From Candidatus Poribacteria bacterium (lineage in GTDB: Bacteria > Poribacteria > WGA-4E > WGA-3G), in NCBI GenBank assembly GCA_022825825.1, contig JAJDWA010000023.1, positions 12,707 through 76,706 of the forward strand: 64,000 nucleotides of DNA, written 5' to 3'. Positions within the stretch are counted from its first letter, which is position 1, and each line of letters begins with the position of its first letter. Position numbers and translations under genes: made by a program. Positions 28,309 through 36,601 of the stretch are shown here, piece by piece. The notes beneath the pieces are model-generated. The model ran no database searches, was not told the DNA's origin, and was given only the letters and a program-made list of their open reading frames with translations.

Positions 28309-29061
28309 CTACCTTGTGAAAATCTGTCCTCGCATATAAGACCCCTCATCTGAAGCCAAAAAAGTAAGGATTCTTGCAACACCTGCTGGATCACCGAGCG
28401 ATTTCTGTGCGTTTGCAACAGCAGCTGCCGGATCATTTCCATCTCGCTTTGCTGACTCCGCAATTTGTCCGAGTTTAAGGGGTGTAGCAAGTCCACCGGG
28501 ACATATTGTATGCATGCGGATGTTAAGCGAAGCGACTTGATTTTCTACTGTCATCACAAGACCATTAACCCCGCCTTTACTCGAAGCATAAGCAACTGAG
28601 GAACTTCCGCCACGAACCCCTGCCCCCGAAGCAATGCAGAGGATAACACCGCCGCCACTCCTCCCCATTACAGGAACAGCATGCTTAAGGGTAAAAAAAG
28701 TGCCTTTAAGATTGACATCAATCACTGAATCAAAGGTAGCCTCCTCAAAATCTTCAATTCGGACGCTTGGACCGCGTAAGACTCCTGCAGAAGTTACCAC
28801 AGTGTCAATTCTTCCATACGTTTCGTCAGCAGTTTTTATAAGCTTCGCCACTTCAGATTCAGAGGTGACATCGGTTCGACAGAACTTCGCTATCCCACCA
28901 TTTTTAAGAATTGTCTCTAACGTTTCTTGTCCATCAACCTCGTTAATATCGCCAAGAACGACTTTCGCACCGGCTTCCGCATAAGCGATGGCAGTTGCAG
29001 CGCCAATACCTGTGGAGGCACCCGTAATAACCGCTACCTTGCCTGAGAGTCCAATATTCAC
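28309..29061 (-). CDS. SDR-family oxidoreductase (classical; FabG-like)
   Basis: GKVAVITGASTGIGAATA. NAG-like SAGV. YASSKGG (YxxxK). GTG start 8 nt after AAGGAG. Confidence 0.9.
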   Translation of the reverse strand: MNIGLSGKVAVITGASTGIGAATAIAYAEAGAKVVLGDINEVDGQETLETILKNGGIAKFCRTDVTSESEVAKLIKTADETYGRIDTVVTSAGVLRGPSVRIEDFEEATFDSVIDVNLKGTFFTLKHAVPVMGRSGGGVILCIASGAGVRGGSSSVAYASSKGGVNGLVMTVENQVASLNIRMHTICPGGLATPLKLGQIAESAKRDGNDPAAAVANAQKSLGDPAGVARILTFLASDEGSYMRGQIFTR

Positions 29062-29194
29062 AGATTATTCTCCTTAATGAGTGAAAATATAAAAAAGTAT
29101 AAAACGAATCAGTTTACAAGGCAAGCGATATTTGAATGGAAGAGATTAAGACGAGGTTGTCTGATTATATAGATGACAAAGTTAAGCGGATAAA

Positions 29195-30094
29195 TTAACT
29201 CTTCAAACTAAAACGATACGGAATACGCAGACGTTGGCTAACGGCTATTTTTCCCTGCATCGCTGGTGTGAATAACGAGGATTTGAGTGCTTGAATTGCT
29301 GCTTCTTCACATCCAAGACCGTTAATTTTTCTCACCTCAACGACACGGATATTTTGCGCTTTTCCATCTATGCCTATAGTAGCTTCAAGGACGACTAATC
29401 CCTCTTGGTGCGTGGATCGGGCAGATTCGGGATATATCGGCTCAACTTTTTTAAGGAAGGTAGCGTTTTGGGTCGGTTCACTGGTAGTCAGAATGTTTAA
29501 AGGAATAGTATCTATCTGTAAACCGTCTGTTTCTGGTGCTGGTAAATCCGGTACCCGATTAGTCCGATGCGGGGCAAAGTTTACAGATGACGTAAAAACT
29601 GGTTTCGTTCCAACTGATACTGCAATTAGATGTTCAAAATCCGATAAAGAATTTTGCGGCGCATTCAAAGTGAGGTTTCCAGTTAATGTCGTAGTTTGAG
29701 TCAGTGTAGTGAGTGCAGGTGTTTCTGTCGTCATTACAGGCGTAATCGGACGTATCGTTTCAGGTTGTTGACGAGGCATACGTACGGGTTGTGGTGCAAA
29801 TAATTTCGGAATACGGTGTTTTGTAGATCGAATCGTTGCAACAGGTTTCGGGGTAGGCATTGAAAAAACATCAATTTGCATAGCATTGCTATTACCATCT
29901 GTCATGTTGACGGAGGATAGACCGATAATTGATATACCTATTAGATGCAAACAGACTGACAGCATAAGTGATGCATTCGGCAAAAAACTACCGGAAAAAA
30001 GTTTTCCAATGCCAAAACCGTTATGTGAATTCTGCTGTTGATTTTTTCCTGCAAAATATAAGAGTCTGTTCACAAAATGGACAACGGTGTTCAT
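29195..30094 (-). CDS. TonB-family energy transducer
   Basis: N-terminal TM, Pro-rich spacer, and a C-terminal TonB_C fold (PIYPESARSTHQEGLVVLEATIGIDGKAQNIRVVE...). Confidence 0.8.
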   Translation of the reverse strand: MNTVVHFVNRLLYFAGKNQQQNSHNGFGIGKLFSGSFLPNASLMLSVCLHLIGISIIGLSSVNMTDGNSNAMQIDVFSMPTPKPVATIRSTKHRIPKLFAPQPVRMPRQQPETIRPITPVMTTETPALTTLTQTTTLTGNLTLNAPQNSLSDFEHLIAVSVGTKPVFTSSVNFAPHRTNRVPDLPAPETDGLQIDTIPLNILTTSEPTQNATFLKKVEPIYPESARSTHQEGLVVLEATIGIDGKAQNIRVVEVRKINGLGCEEAAIQALKSSLFTPAMQGKIAVSQRLRIPYRFSLKS

Positions 30095-30302
30095 TTTCTA
30101 TACACCTTACTATCTTTTTCAACAAATCTTTTTTCAAAAATCCCTATAATACCCGTTGTATAAACGCAATTTCACTTTTTGCTTTCATACCTTAACCTTA
30201 TTATGCAAATTCCGTGCCATATAATGCAAATTAACGGAATTTATTTTTTCGACGGTGAATCAACGCCAAATACGCGTTTGGAATTTGACACCTCGGACAT
30301 TC

Positions 30303-30426
30303 TGTCCGAGCGAGCTTTGCTCACTCCATAGCCGTCAATTTAAGGAAAAACCCGTCACACCTTTCCTGTGCGCCGCCACTGTTGATATATTTAAACAACG
30401 GGCGGGCACAGGGACCCGCTCGGACA
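30303..30426. repeat. Composite hairpin element bounded by a 10-bp inverted repeat, containing a family B unit
   Basis: tgtccgagcg (30303-30312) pairs with cgctcggaca (30417-30426). Inner hairpin gcggg-CACAGGGA-cccgc at 30402-30419. Confidence 0.5.
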
Positions 30427-30451
30427 ATATGCGATAAGAATTGTTAATGTT

Positions 30452-30799
30452 GAGATTGTAGATTACATGCATGCGAAATCGCATCTGTCCGAAGTGGCAA
30501 AAGTTGCCTTTGGAGAAACTGAGATTGAAGTTATCGGGGCTTGGATAAAGAAACGGAACCCGGACTTTATGATGGCAACATCACAGAAGTGGTCGCACGC
30601 ATCCGTGCCTTAGCCACACAGCAGTCGGAAGTTTCGGATAGTTTACAAAAAAGAAGTAAGGTCCTTTGAAAAACACGTTGATCGTCCGCGATATAAAGTG
30701 TTCAGAGAGAAAGGTATCAATGCAGTGCTTACTTTACGGTGTTTAGTGAAAAATGGGGACTGGGACAGATATTGGAATGAACTTCCACATGCAGCATGA
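30452..30799 (+). pseudogene. Remnant of the C-terminal third of a DDE transposase (ISKra4-like), 5'-truncated and frameshifted
   Basis: Three frames stitch to VDYMHAKSHLSEVAKVAFGETEIEVIGAWIKKRNPD / LYDGNITEVVARIRALATQQ / FEKHVDRPRYKVFREKGI-NAVLTLRCLVKNGDWDRYWNELP. From memory this resembles the DxxHaxEHL...W...LxxG...RMxY...GxxIGSG...LRC...W..YW tail of ISKra4-type transposases. The IGSG segment is deleted. Confidence 0.45.
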
Positions 30800-30825
30800 C
30801 ATTTATAACCAAAACTTTACACACC

Positions 30826-31431
30826 CTATGCCTTTTGTTCCACCATGCTGGAAAGGATACCGAGGATTTTGTCTCCCTGCCCAATTGAATAGAGTGATCT
30901 ATCAATATGGAGACGTTGCCCTTCCAATTTGAGAAACCGCCAATCTGTTCCAGAGGTTGTAGCTCCATAAACGCAAGGGATTTCATTACCTTTTTCAGCG
31001 TTAAAGTGCTGGGCAGCGAGCATTTCTGCAACGCATTGTCCAAATCCTGCTGTTAAATCTTCCTTCTTTGCCTCAACAAGAATGATAATGGGTGCCTCTA
31101 AAAAAGAGAGAATTGGGGACAGACTCACCAGAAAATCGCAGACCCCGGTTAACCCTTTATCATCATCAACGTTAAAGTCAATCCCCGAAAAAAAACTGAT
31201 GCGGCGATCTAAATGCTCTCGGAGCTCAAACAGAATACCAGTTACAATTAGTTCTGACCGAGCTTTCTCTGTACCTATAGAGATGGCTAACTGCACCTTT
31301 TCCTCTAATTCCGCTATGAAATGTTCTCTTGGTACAACCGTTTCTATTTCAGAAAATACACCCGCAGATTCTACGATTTCAAGTTGAAATTCCGTGAGTA
31401 CTGTGTCTAAGGTGAAATTGCTATAAGCCAT
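30826..31431 (-). CDS. stand-alone PD-(D/E)xK nuclease-fold protein (HsdR-N / Mrr-cat-like)
   Basis: GVCDFLV...IIILVEAKKED...GQCVAEM...YGATTSGTDWRFLKL gives a D...ExK core with the conserved Q and a T-G-W-F strand. Confidence 0.55.
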   Translation of the reverse strand: MAYSNFTLDTVLTEFQLEIVESAGVFSEIETVVPREHFIAELEEKVQLAISIGTEKARSELIVTGILFELREHLDRRISFFSGIDFNVDDDKGLTGVCDFLVSLSPILSFLEAPIIILVEAKKEDLTAGFGQCVAEMLAAQHFNAEKGNEIPCVYGATTSGTDWRFLKLEGQRLHIDRSLYSIGQGDKILGILSSMVEQKA

Positions 31432-31490
31432 TGCGTCAATCCTCCTTCCACAGAATTATTATAACAAATTATGCCGCCGTATGTCCAATT

Positions 31491-31613
31491 TTACGGACGC
31501 ATCCGTGAATGTTTCACCTTTGAGTCAGATAACAACTGAAGTATGTGCCGCATTGGAATAGCCGCTGCGTTCATGAGTTGATCGCTTCGTGCCACAATGC
31601 CGATTAGGATGCC
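31491..31613 (-). other. In-frame continuation of the protease domain beyond the TAG at 31614-31616
   Basis: Codon-by-codec translation after the TAG gives GILIGIVARSDQLMNAAAIPMRHILQLLSDSKVKHSRMRP and then TAA (31491-31493). This is what an S1C protease has after GNSGGP (xGxxIGI....AIP). Confidence 0.7.
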
Positions 31614-33128
31614 CTATTTGTTAAGCACAGGTCCGCCGCTGTTGCCACCGAACACATCTGACTGAATATGTAAGAATTCACCGTGGTCGTTCAGAAATTC
31701 ACCAAGTGTCCAACGCCAGAGGTCCTGTTTGGCAGGATTGCCGAGGACGTAAACAAGGTCTCCTGCTTTTGTTGTAGGTGATGTGAATTTCCAGTCAATT
31801 TGGCGGGCGGTTTCTGGAAGTCCGTCAAGTTTGATGATTGCCAAGTCCGTTTTCTCATTTTTTGCGATGACGTGTCCTTTGGTGTAATAACCGAGTCGTT
31901 TTAGCACGCCGCTACTTGTTAGGTAGAAGTTTCGATCTTTAATGAGTTCGCCTTTTTCGTCTGGTGCGGGGAAGTATACGTCTATTATGTTTTGTTTATC
32001 TGTGACGTGTGCGTTGGTGATGGCGAGTTTGGATTTTTTGTCTATTAGCACGCCGCTGCCTTCACCTATTCCTGGGTTGACTATCCACATGACTGCGCGG
32101 ATGGCTTTTTCGTAGACTTGGTTTGCGGTGGGTTTTGGTGGGTGAGGGGAAGTTAATTTCCATAAATGTATATTACGACTACGAATCGTCGGAGAAAACG
32201 CGCTCCCAATTGCAAATGTACTCCAATCGGGACTAATAGCAAAACTAGTAAATATCCCTAATTTACTAGTACTCTTAATAAACATTTCATGGAATTTGCC
32301 TGTGGTAACATTCCAAAGACGGATCCCATCCATGCTTCCAGTTGCGAGCATACTTCCATTGGGACTAAAAACCAGGCTATAAACATGAGACTCAAAACCC
32401 ACAAGCGTTTCCTGATATTTGCCTGTAGCAACATTCCACAGGCGAATAGTGTCGTCGTCGCTTGCACTAGCAAGGGTATTACCATTTGAACTAAACACTA
32501 CCTTTGTAACACGGTCTGTATGCCCCGTAAGCGTTTTACGAGATTTTCCTGTATTAGCATCCCACAGTCGTATAGTTTTGTCACGACTTCCACTAGCGAT
32601 CAGAGTTCCATTAGGGTTGAATGCAACACTCAAAACATCATGCGTATGTTCTAAAAGCCTTTTTCGTATCTGACCAGTTGCAACATTCCATAGAAAGATT
32701 CCTCCCCAACTTGCACTTGCAAGCGTACGCCCATCAGGGCTGAAGGTTAGATCAGTCAGACCAGTTGTGTGCCCGATGAGGCTATTTTTGTGTTGTCCTG
32801 TGGTAGTATCCCACAGGTCAATGTTTAAAGCTGCCGATGTTGCGAGCGTACGCCCATCAGGGCTGAAAGCAAAACCTACCTCCGAACCTGGCAAAAGTCC
32901 TTTAAGGATTTTTCGTTGATGTCCAGTGGAAACTTCCCATAAACAGACGGTCCCGTCCCTACTTCCACTTGCAAGCATCTGTCCATCAGGACTGAATACT
33001 AAACCCCATATATTGTCTGTATGGCCTGCAAAGGTTGAATAGTGAACTTTATCTTGTGCAAAAATGTTTGAGGAGAATAGGACTGTGGCAAGCAGTAGTG
33101 TTGAAATAAGAGAACTAAAATGTTTCAT
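31614..33128 (-). CDS. secreted WD40 beta-propeller / trypsin-like (S1) serine protease fusion, interrupted by an in-frame TAG (possible pseudogene or readthrough)
   Basis: Signal peptide MKHFSSLISTLLLATVLFSSNIFAQD, from the ATG at 33128. At least 7 WD40 repeats (LASGSRDGTVCLWEV etc.). Protease triad TNAHV / DLAIIKL / GNSGGPV. The ORF stops 5 codons after the catalytic Ser. Confidence 0.8.
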   Translation of the reverse strand: MKHFSSLISTLLLATVLFSSNIFAQDKVHYSTFAGHTDNIWGLVFSPDGQMLASGSRDGTVCLWEVSTGHQRKILKGLLPGSEVGFAFSPDGRTLATSAALNIDLWDTTTGQHKNSLIGHTTGLTDLTFSPDGRTLASASWGGIFLWNVATGQIRKRLLEHTHDVLSVAFNPNGTLIASGSRDKTIRLWDANTGKSRKTLTGHTDRVTKVVFSSNGNTLASASDDDTIRLWNVATGKYQETLVGFESHVYSLVFSPNGSMLATGSMDGIRLWNVTTGKFHEMFIKSTSKLGIFTSFAISPDWSTFAIGSAFSPTIRSRNIHLWKLTSPHPPKPTANQVYEKAIRAVMWIVNPGIGEGSGVLIDKKSKLAITNAHVTDKQNIIDVYFPAPDEKGELIKDRNFYLTSSGVLKRLGYYTKGHVIAKNEKTDLAIIKLDGLPETARQIDWKFTSPTTKAGDLVYVLGNPAKQDLWRWTLGEFLNDHGEFLHIQSDVFGGNSGGPVLNK

Positions 33129-33151
33129 AAGATTTATTCCTGCACAACGCA

Positions 33152-33346
33152 CTACTTTACCTCAATATGCTCAAGTACCCACTCCCGAATTAGATTCGCT
33201 GGAGAGATTCCACGCGACTTGGCAAGTGTTTTAATAATCTCAAGTTCATTTTCAAAGTCGGTTAAGTCGTGTGTATCCCAGAAATCAGCGAGTTCATGAA
33301 TTGAATCGGTCTGTGGAATGTTTGCACGATTCATCGGTTCCTCCAT
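33152..33346 (-). CDS. small RHH/BrnA-like antitoxin-family protein (orphan, apparently shortened)
   Basis: ELADFWDTHDLTDFENE motif plus C-terminal LAKSRGISPANLIREWVLEHI. No toxin partner is adjacent. Confidence 0.45.
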   Translation of the reverse strand: MEEPMNRANIPQTDSIHELADFWDTHDLTDFENELEIIKTLAKSRGISPANLIREWVLEHIEVK

Positions 33347-33377
33347 TGTCTATATTGAGAGTGTTTCCTCACGGACC

Positions 33378-33457
33378 TTACACCTCTTGCCCAACCATAC
33401 TCACGAGGATACCGAGGATTTTGTCACACTGATCGATTTGGTAGGCTGCAATATCAA
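33378..33457 (-). pseudogene. 3' fragment of a paralog of the 30826-31431 PD-(D/E)xK gene
   Basis: Translates to LDIAAYQIDQCDKILGILVSMVGQEV*, compared with ...LYSIGQGDKILGILSSMVEQKA* at the end of the intact gene. The DNA string ggataccgaggattttgtc is shared. Confidence 0.6.
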
Positions 33458-33575
33458 TTATATGTGAATTTTAATATCATATTAAAACAACTGATACAAG
33501 TCGTTATTTTTAGAGCGTATCTCATAAATCTGATTTTGTTAGATTTCGCTCTATCTTATCCAACTCCCACTCCTA

Positions 33576-33651
33576 TTGTAGGGCGGGTCCCTGTACCCGC
33601 CTGCTATTCCACCATTGAGGCATGGCGAGGCACAGGGACCTCGCCCTACAA
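33576..33651. repeat. Two inverted family B units (TTGTAGGGCGRGG-TCCCTGTR-CCYCGCC) forming a large palindrome
   Basis: The left unit starts at 33576 (ttgtaggg 33576-33583; stem-loop ggcggg-tccctgta-cccgcc at 33582-33601). The right unit's stem-loop ggcgagg-cacaggga-cctcgcc is at 33624-33645, followed by ccctacaa (33644-33651). The outer arms ttgtaggg and ccctacaa are complementary. Confidence 0.65.
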
Positions 33652-33674
33652 GTGATTTATGAGACGGGCTGTAG

Positions 33675-33776
33675 TTAATGTTTTGGTTTGGCAAGTGCTA
33701 TTATTGCAAGTATCGCACCTACAAAAAATAATCCGCCAACTAATACGATACCAAGTTCTAAAGGACCTATCGCCAT
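33675..33776 (-). CDS. 33-aa hydrophobic peptide (single TM), hypothetical
   Basis: MAIGPLELGIVLVGGLFFVGAILAIIALAKPKH. AAGGAG lies 9 nt upstream of the ATG. It sits immediately downstream of the PhyH-like gene. Confidence 0.35.
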   Translation of the reverse strand: MAIGPLELGIVLVGGLFFVGAILAIIALAKPKH

Positions 33777-33828
33777 GATTTTTATTCTCCTTTGTAGTTA
33801 ATTCTGTGTAAACTTAAATGCGCCTCCG

Positions 33829-34641
33829 TTAGTTCTCTTTCCAACGTTTAACAGCATCTATTTTTGTTTGTTGCCAATCTGTCCAATCTTTTTTGCCTTC
33901 ATACCGAACAACATCATGGATAGTAGCACGCGGTTGGTAAGTAATATAGTTGCCGGTATGCCACGCAAGATTTCGATAAATCATGAAATCTCCCGGGCCT
34001 AAATGTACTTGAACCGCACCGGGAAATTGCTGACAATGTTCTAAGTAAAGCCGTTCTGCCTCAACATTAGACTGGCCCTCAACAGGTTTGCGCAATGTAG
34101 GATCACCTGTTGACTGTTCTTCGCCGGGCATGTCCCACTGCCGAAGATGGCTACCCGGAACAAACCATGTGCAGGAATCCGCATAAATTGCACAGTTGAC
34201 CTGATTGAAGTGACGCAGGTCGTGCCACACTTCTGCGAGTTTTGCGTTTACAGTTTCATCACGCGCTTCAGGTGGTACTTCAACCACACCATCACGGTGC
34301 CAACCGATATGCCAAGGGTGCTCGACAGGTTCAACCAATAATCCCATAATGTCAACATGTCCATGTGTATAATCATCGCCAAGCAACTTCTGGACAGCAT
34401 CTCGCAGTTCCTGCAATTCTGTGTAATCATAAAACGGTTTCAAATCCAAATCATCGCCATAGTTTGACAACGGTTGAATCCGCTGTGTCTGTGGTCCATT
34501 AAGCTTGTGCGCTAAGTGACGTGCTTTTTCTGCTTCCCTACGTAAATCGGTAAGCAGGGCTGACGGCACAACCCCTCGAAAAACCAGAAATCCTTGTGAG
34601 AGATATTCGTTGACCATATAATCTTGAAATTGGAACGCCAT
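33829..34641 (-). CDS. phytanoyl-CoA dioxygenase (PhyH)-family Fe(II)/2-oxoglutarate oxygenase
   Basis: WHIGWHRDG (HxD), WFVPGSHL, LAWHTGNY. Confidence 0.7.
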   Translation of the reverse strand: MAFQFQDYMVNEYLSQGFLVFRGVVPSALLTDLRREAEKARHLAHKLNGPQTQRIQPLSNYGDDLDLKPFYDYTELQELRDAVQKLLGDDYTHGHVDIMGLLVEPVEHPWHIGWHRDGVVEVPPEARDETVNAKLAEVWHDLRHFNQVNCAIYADSCTWFVPGSHLRQWDMPGEEQSTGDPTLRKPVEGQSNVEAERLYLEHCQQFPGAVQVHLGPGDFMIYRNLAWHTGNYITYQPRATIHDVVRYEGKKDWTDWQQTKIDAVKRWKEN

Positions 34642-34854
34642 TGTCTTTCCTAATTAATAACGTGAGTTTGATAAATAATTCAATAATTTTGTCTAAAGAG
34701 AACTCTTTTGGTCCAATAAAGTCATTAAAAACAATCCAAAGAAGTTCTCTAATGAATATTTTAGCACTTTTCTGCGAAATAGACGACTTTTTTTGTCTAT
34801 GAAGCAGCCTGGTATCACGATCACTTCAGGACGATAAACCGATATGCCTTAAAA

Positions 34855-36048
34855 CTAAGGACGAATAACCGTGCCATCCATACGCCGCACTGGGGCCCAA
34901 CCACCGTTGAGTGGATGTTCTGGAAACGGGAATTGTGCAGCGAGTTCTTCGTTGACATCAATACCGAGTCCTGGTGCTTCATTTGCCCAAAAACAACCAT
35001 CCCGAATTTCTGGACAACCCGGAAAAACCTCTTTTGTGTTTTCACCAAATACATGCTGTTCCTGAATCCCGAAGTTATAACACGCTAAATCTAAGGCAAC
35101 GTTTGCGGCATGTCCAACTGGCGAAACATCCCCTGGCCCGTGCCATGCGGTGCGTACACCGAAGAATTCACAAAACGCTGCGAGTTTACGAGCGGGACTA
35201 ATACCACCAATCTGTGAAATATGCACCCGAATAAAATCAATAAGACGATCTTTAATAAGATGCACATACTCATTTGGATTGTTAAACAGTTCTCCCATTG
35301 CGATCGGGATGCTTGTCTGTTGGCGCATCAGTTGGAAATAATCAACATCCTCTGGCGCAAACGGGTCTTCAAGGAAAAAGAGGTTATAAGGCTCCAACCC
35401 TTTGGCAAGATTAATCGCTTGAATCGGTGGTATCCGCTCATGCACATCGTGCAGCAGCTCAACTTCGTCCCCTAATTTTGTCCGCAGATGATCGAAAAGT
35501 TTAATGACTGTCCTCACATAAGGCGTCGGTTCGAAAGCAGGAGAACTCCGCTTTCCACCGCCTGCACCATAAGTTGTATAACCGGGAATAGCAACTTGTG
35601 CACGTACATACCGATATCCTTGCTCCATATACCGCCTGACGCTGTTCTCTACCTCTTCAAAAGTTCCACCGCCTGCGTGTCCGTAAAGTGTGGCTGCTTC
35701 ACGACACTTGCCCCCAAGCAATTGGTAGACAGGCATATTCGCACGTTTACCCATAATGTCCCACAGCGCAATATCCACACCGCTCAATGCGTTGTTCAGC
35801 ACAGGCCCATTCCGCCAATACGAACTGACAAAACTTGTCTGGAAAATATCCTCTATGTTGGTCGGGTCTTTCCCTATCAAGAAAGGTTTTAGGTACTCAT
35901 CTACAGCAGTTGCAACGGCAAGTGGACGTTGTGTGAACGTAGCACAACCCACACCGTATAAGTCGGGTTCACTTGTTTCAACTTTTACAACGACAAGCCG
36001 AATCCCATCGGGCGCAGTCAGAATTGTTTTGACATCTGTTATTTTCAA
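34855..36048 (-). CDS. enolase-superfamily D-mannonate/D-gluconate dehydratase (ManD/RspA subgroup)
   Basis: MKITDVKTILTAPDGIRLVVVKVETSEPDLYGVGCATF... and about 400 aa length, typical of ManD. TTG start. Confidence 0.85.
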   Translation of the reverse strand: MKITDVKTILTAPDGIRLVVVKVETSEPDLYGVGCATFTQRPLAVATAVDEYLKPFLIGKDPTNIEDIFQTSFVSSYWRNGPVLNNALSGVDIALWDIMGKRANMPVYQLLGGKCREAATLYGHAGGGTFEEVENSVRRYMEQGYRYVRAQVAIPGYTTYGAGGGKRSSPAFEPTPYVRTVIKLFDHLRTKLGDEVELLHDVHERIPPIQAINLAKGLEPYNLFFLEDPFAPEDVDYFQLMRQQTSIPIAMGELFNNPNEYVHLIKDRLIDFIRVHISQIGGISPARKLAAFCEFFGVRTAWHGPGDVSPVGHAANVALDLACYNFGIQEQHVFGENTKEVFPGCPEIRDGCFWANEAPGLGIDVNEELAAQFPFPEHPLNGGWAPVRRMDGTVIRP

Positions 36049-36252
36049 AGTAGCAGTTCTCCCATCATCTTAAATTATTAATAGGCTATGTTGTGTAGCA
36101 CTATCATCTTTTGATGATAAAGTTTACCAAACCCAACATGAGCTGTCAACAATACTTTCTATTGGATTTGATACAGCCCTGGTAGGCGCGTTTTAATGAA
36201 GTTTATAGTAAAGCTTAGAAATAAATACACATTTTCACCCTCCCGCGGTAGA

Positions 36253-36270
36253 CACGGTTTCCTAACCGTG
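36253..36270. repeat. Family A hairpin copy (cacgg-TTTCCTAA-ccgtg)
   Basis: Same 8-nt loop as the copies at 4233 and 41753, with a different stem. Preceded by ggtaga, as in the GGTAGG arm of the 41753 copy. Confidence 0.5.
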
Positions 36271-36601
36271 CTGGTGCAAAGTGTCTCATTAATTCTAAGA
36301 CCCACCATAAATAAATATTTCGGTAATTCCATAATTATATCCAGCAGAGGACGCCAAATCAACAATACGTCGTGACAGAGGTGTTTACAAGGCACTAAAT
36401 CAATACTGATTCACTACAGAAATCCATCTGAATCTTTTATCGGAATCCGGTAAATTAAAGAAACTTTTAATCTATAGTAATCGTTAATGAATTGTGTAAA
36501 ATGTTGAGTTCTTGTAAGAAGCAATTCTCTTAACACATAACATTAAACACATTCAAAACGAAACCGCTTTACAAAACTCTTTCCTATGGAGATGCTTCTG
36601 A

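Noticed and set aside
30255-30437. 60-aa plus-strand ORF (and the 30729-31043 minus-strand ORF)
   Set aside because: The first lies entirely inside the palindromic repeat element. The second overlaps the transposase remnant and the 3' end of the PD-(D/E)xK gene.
31614-31616. Pyrrolysine or genetic-code reassignment as the explanation for the in-frame TAG
   Set aside because: TAG terminates rplJ, rpmG and the first gene in this same window, and no pyl genes are seen. A global reassignment is therefore unlikely. Nonsense mutation, local readthrough or error remain open.
36159-36395. 78-aa minus-strand ORF in the manD-glyA divergent spacer
   Set aside because: It contains a family A hairpin, lacks an RBS and has no similarity to anything I recognise. 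This is more likely a promoter/UTR region.
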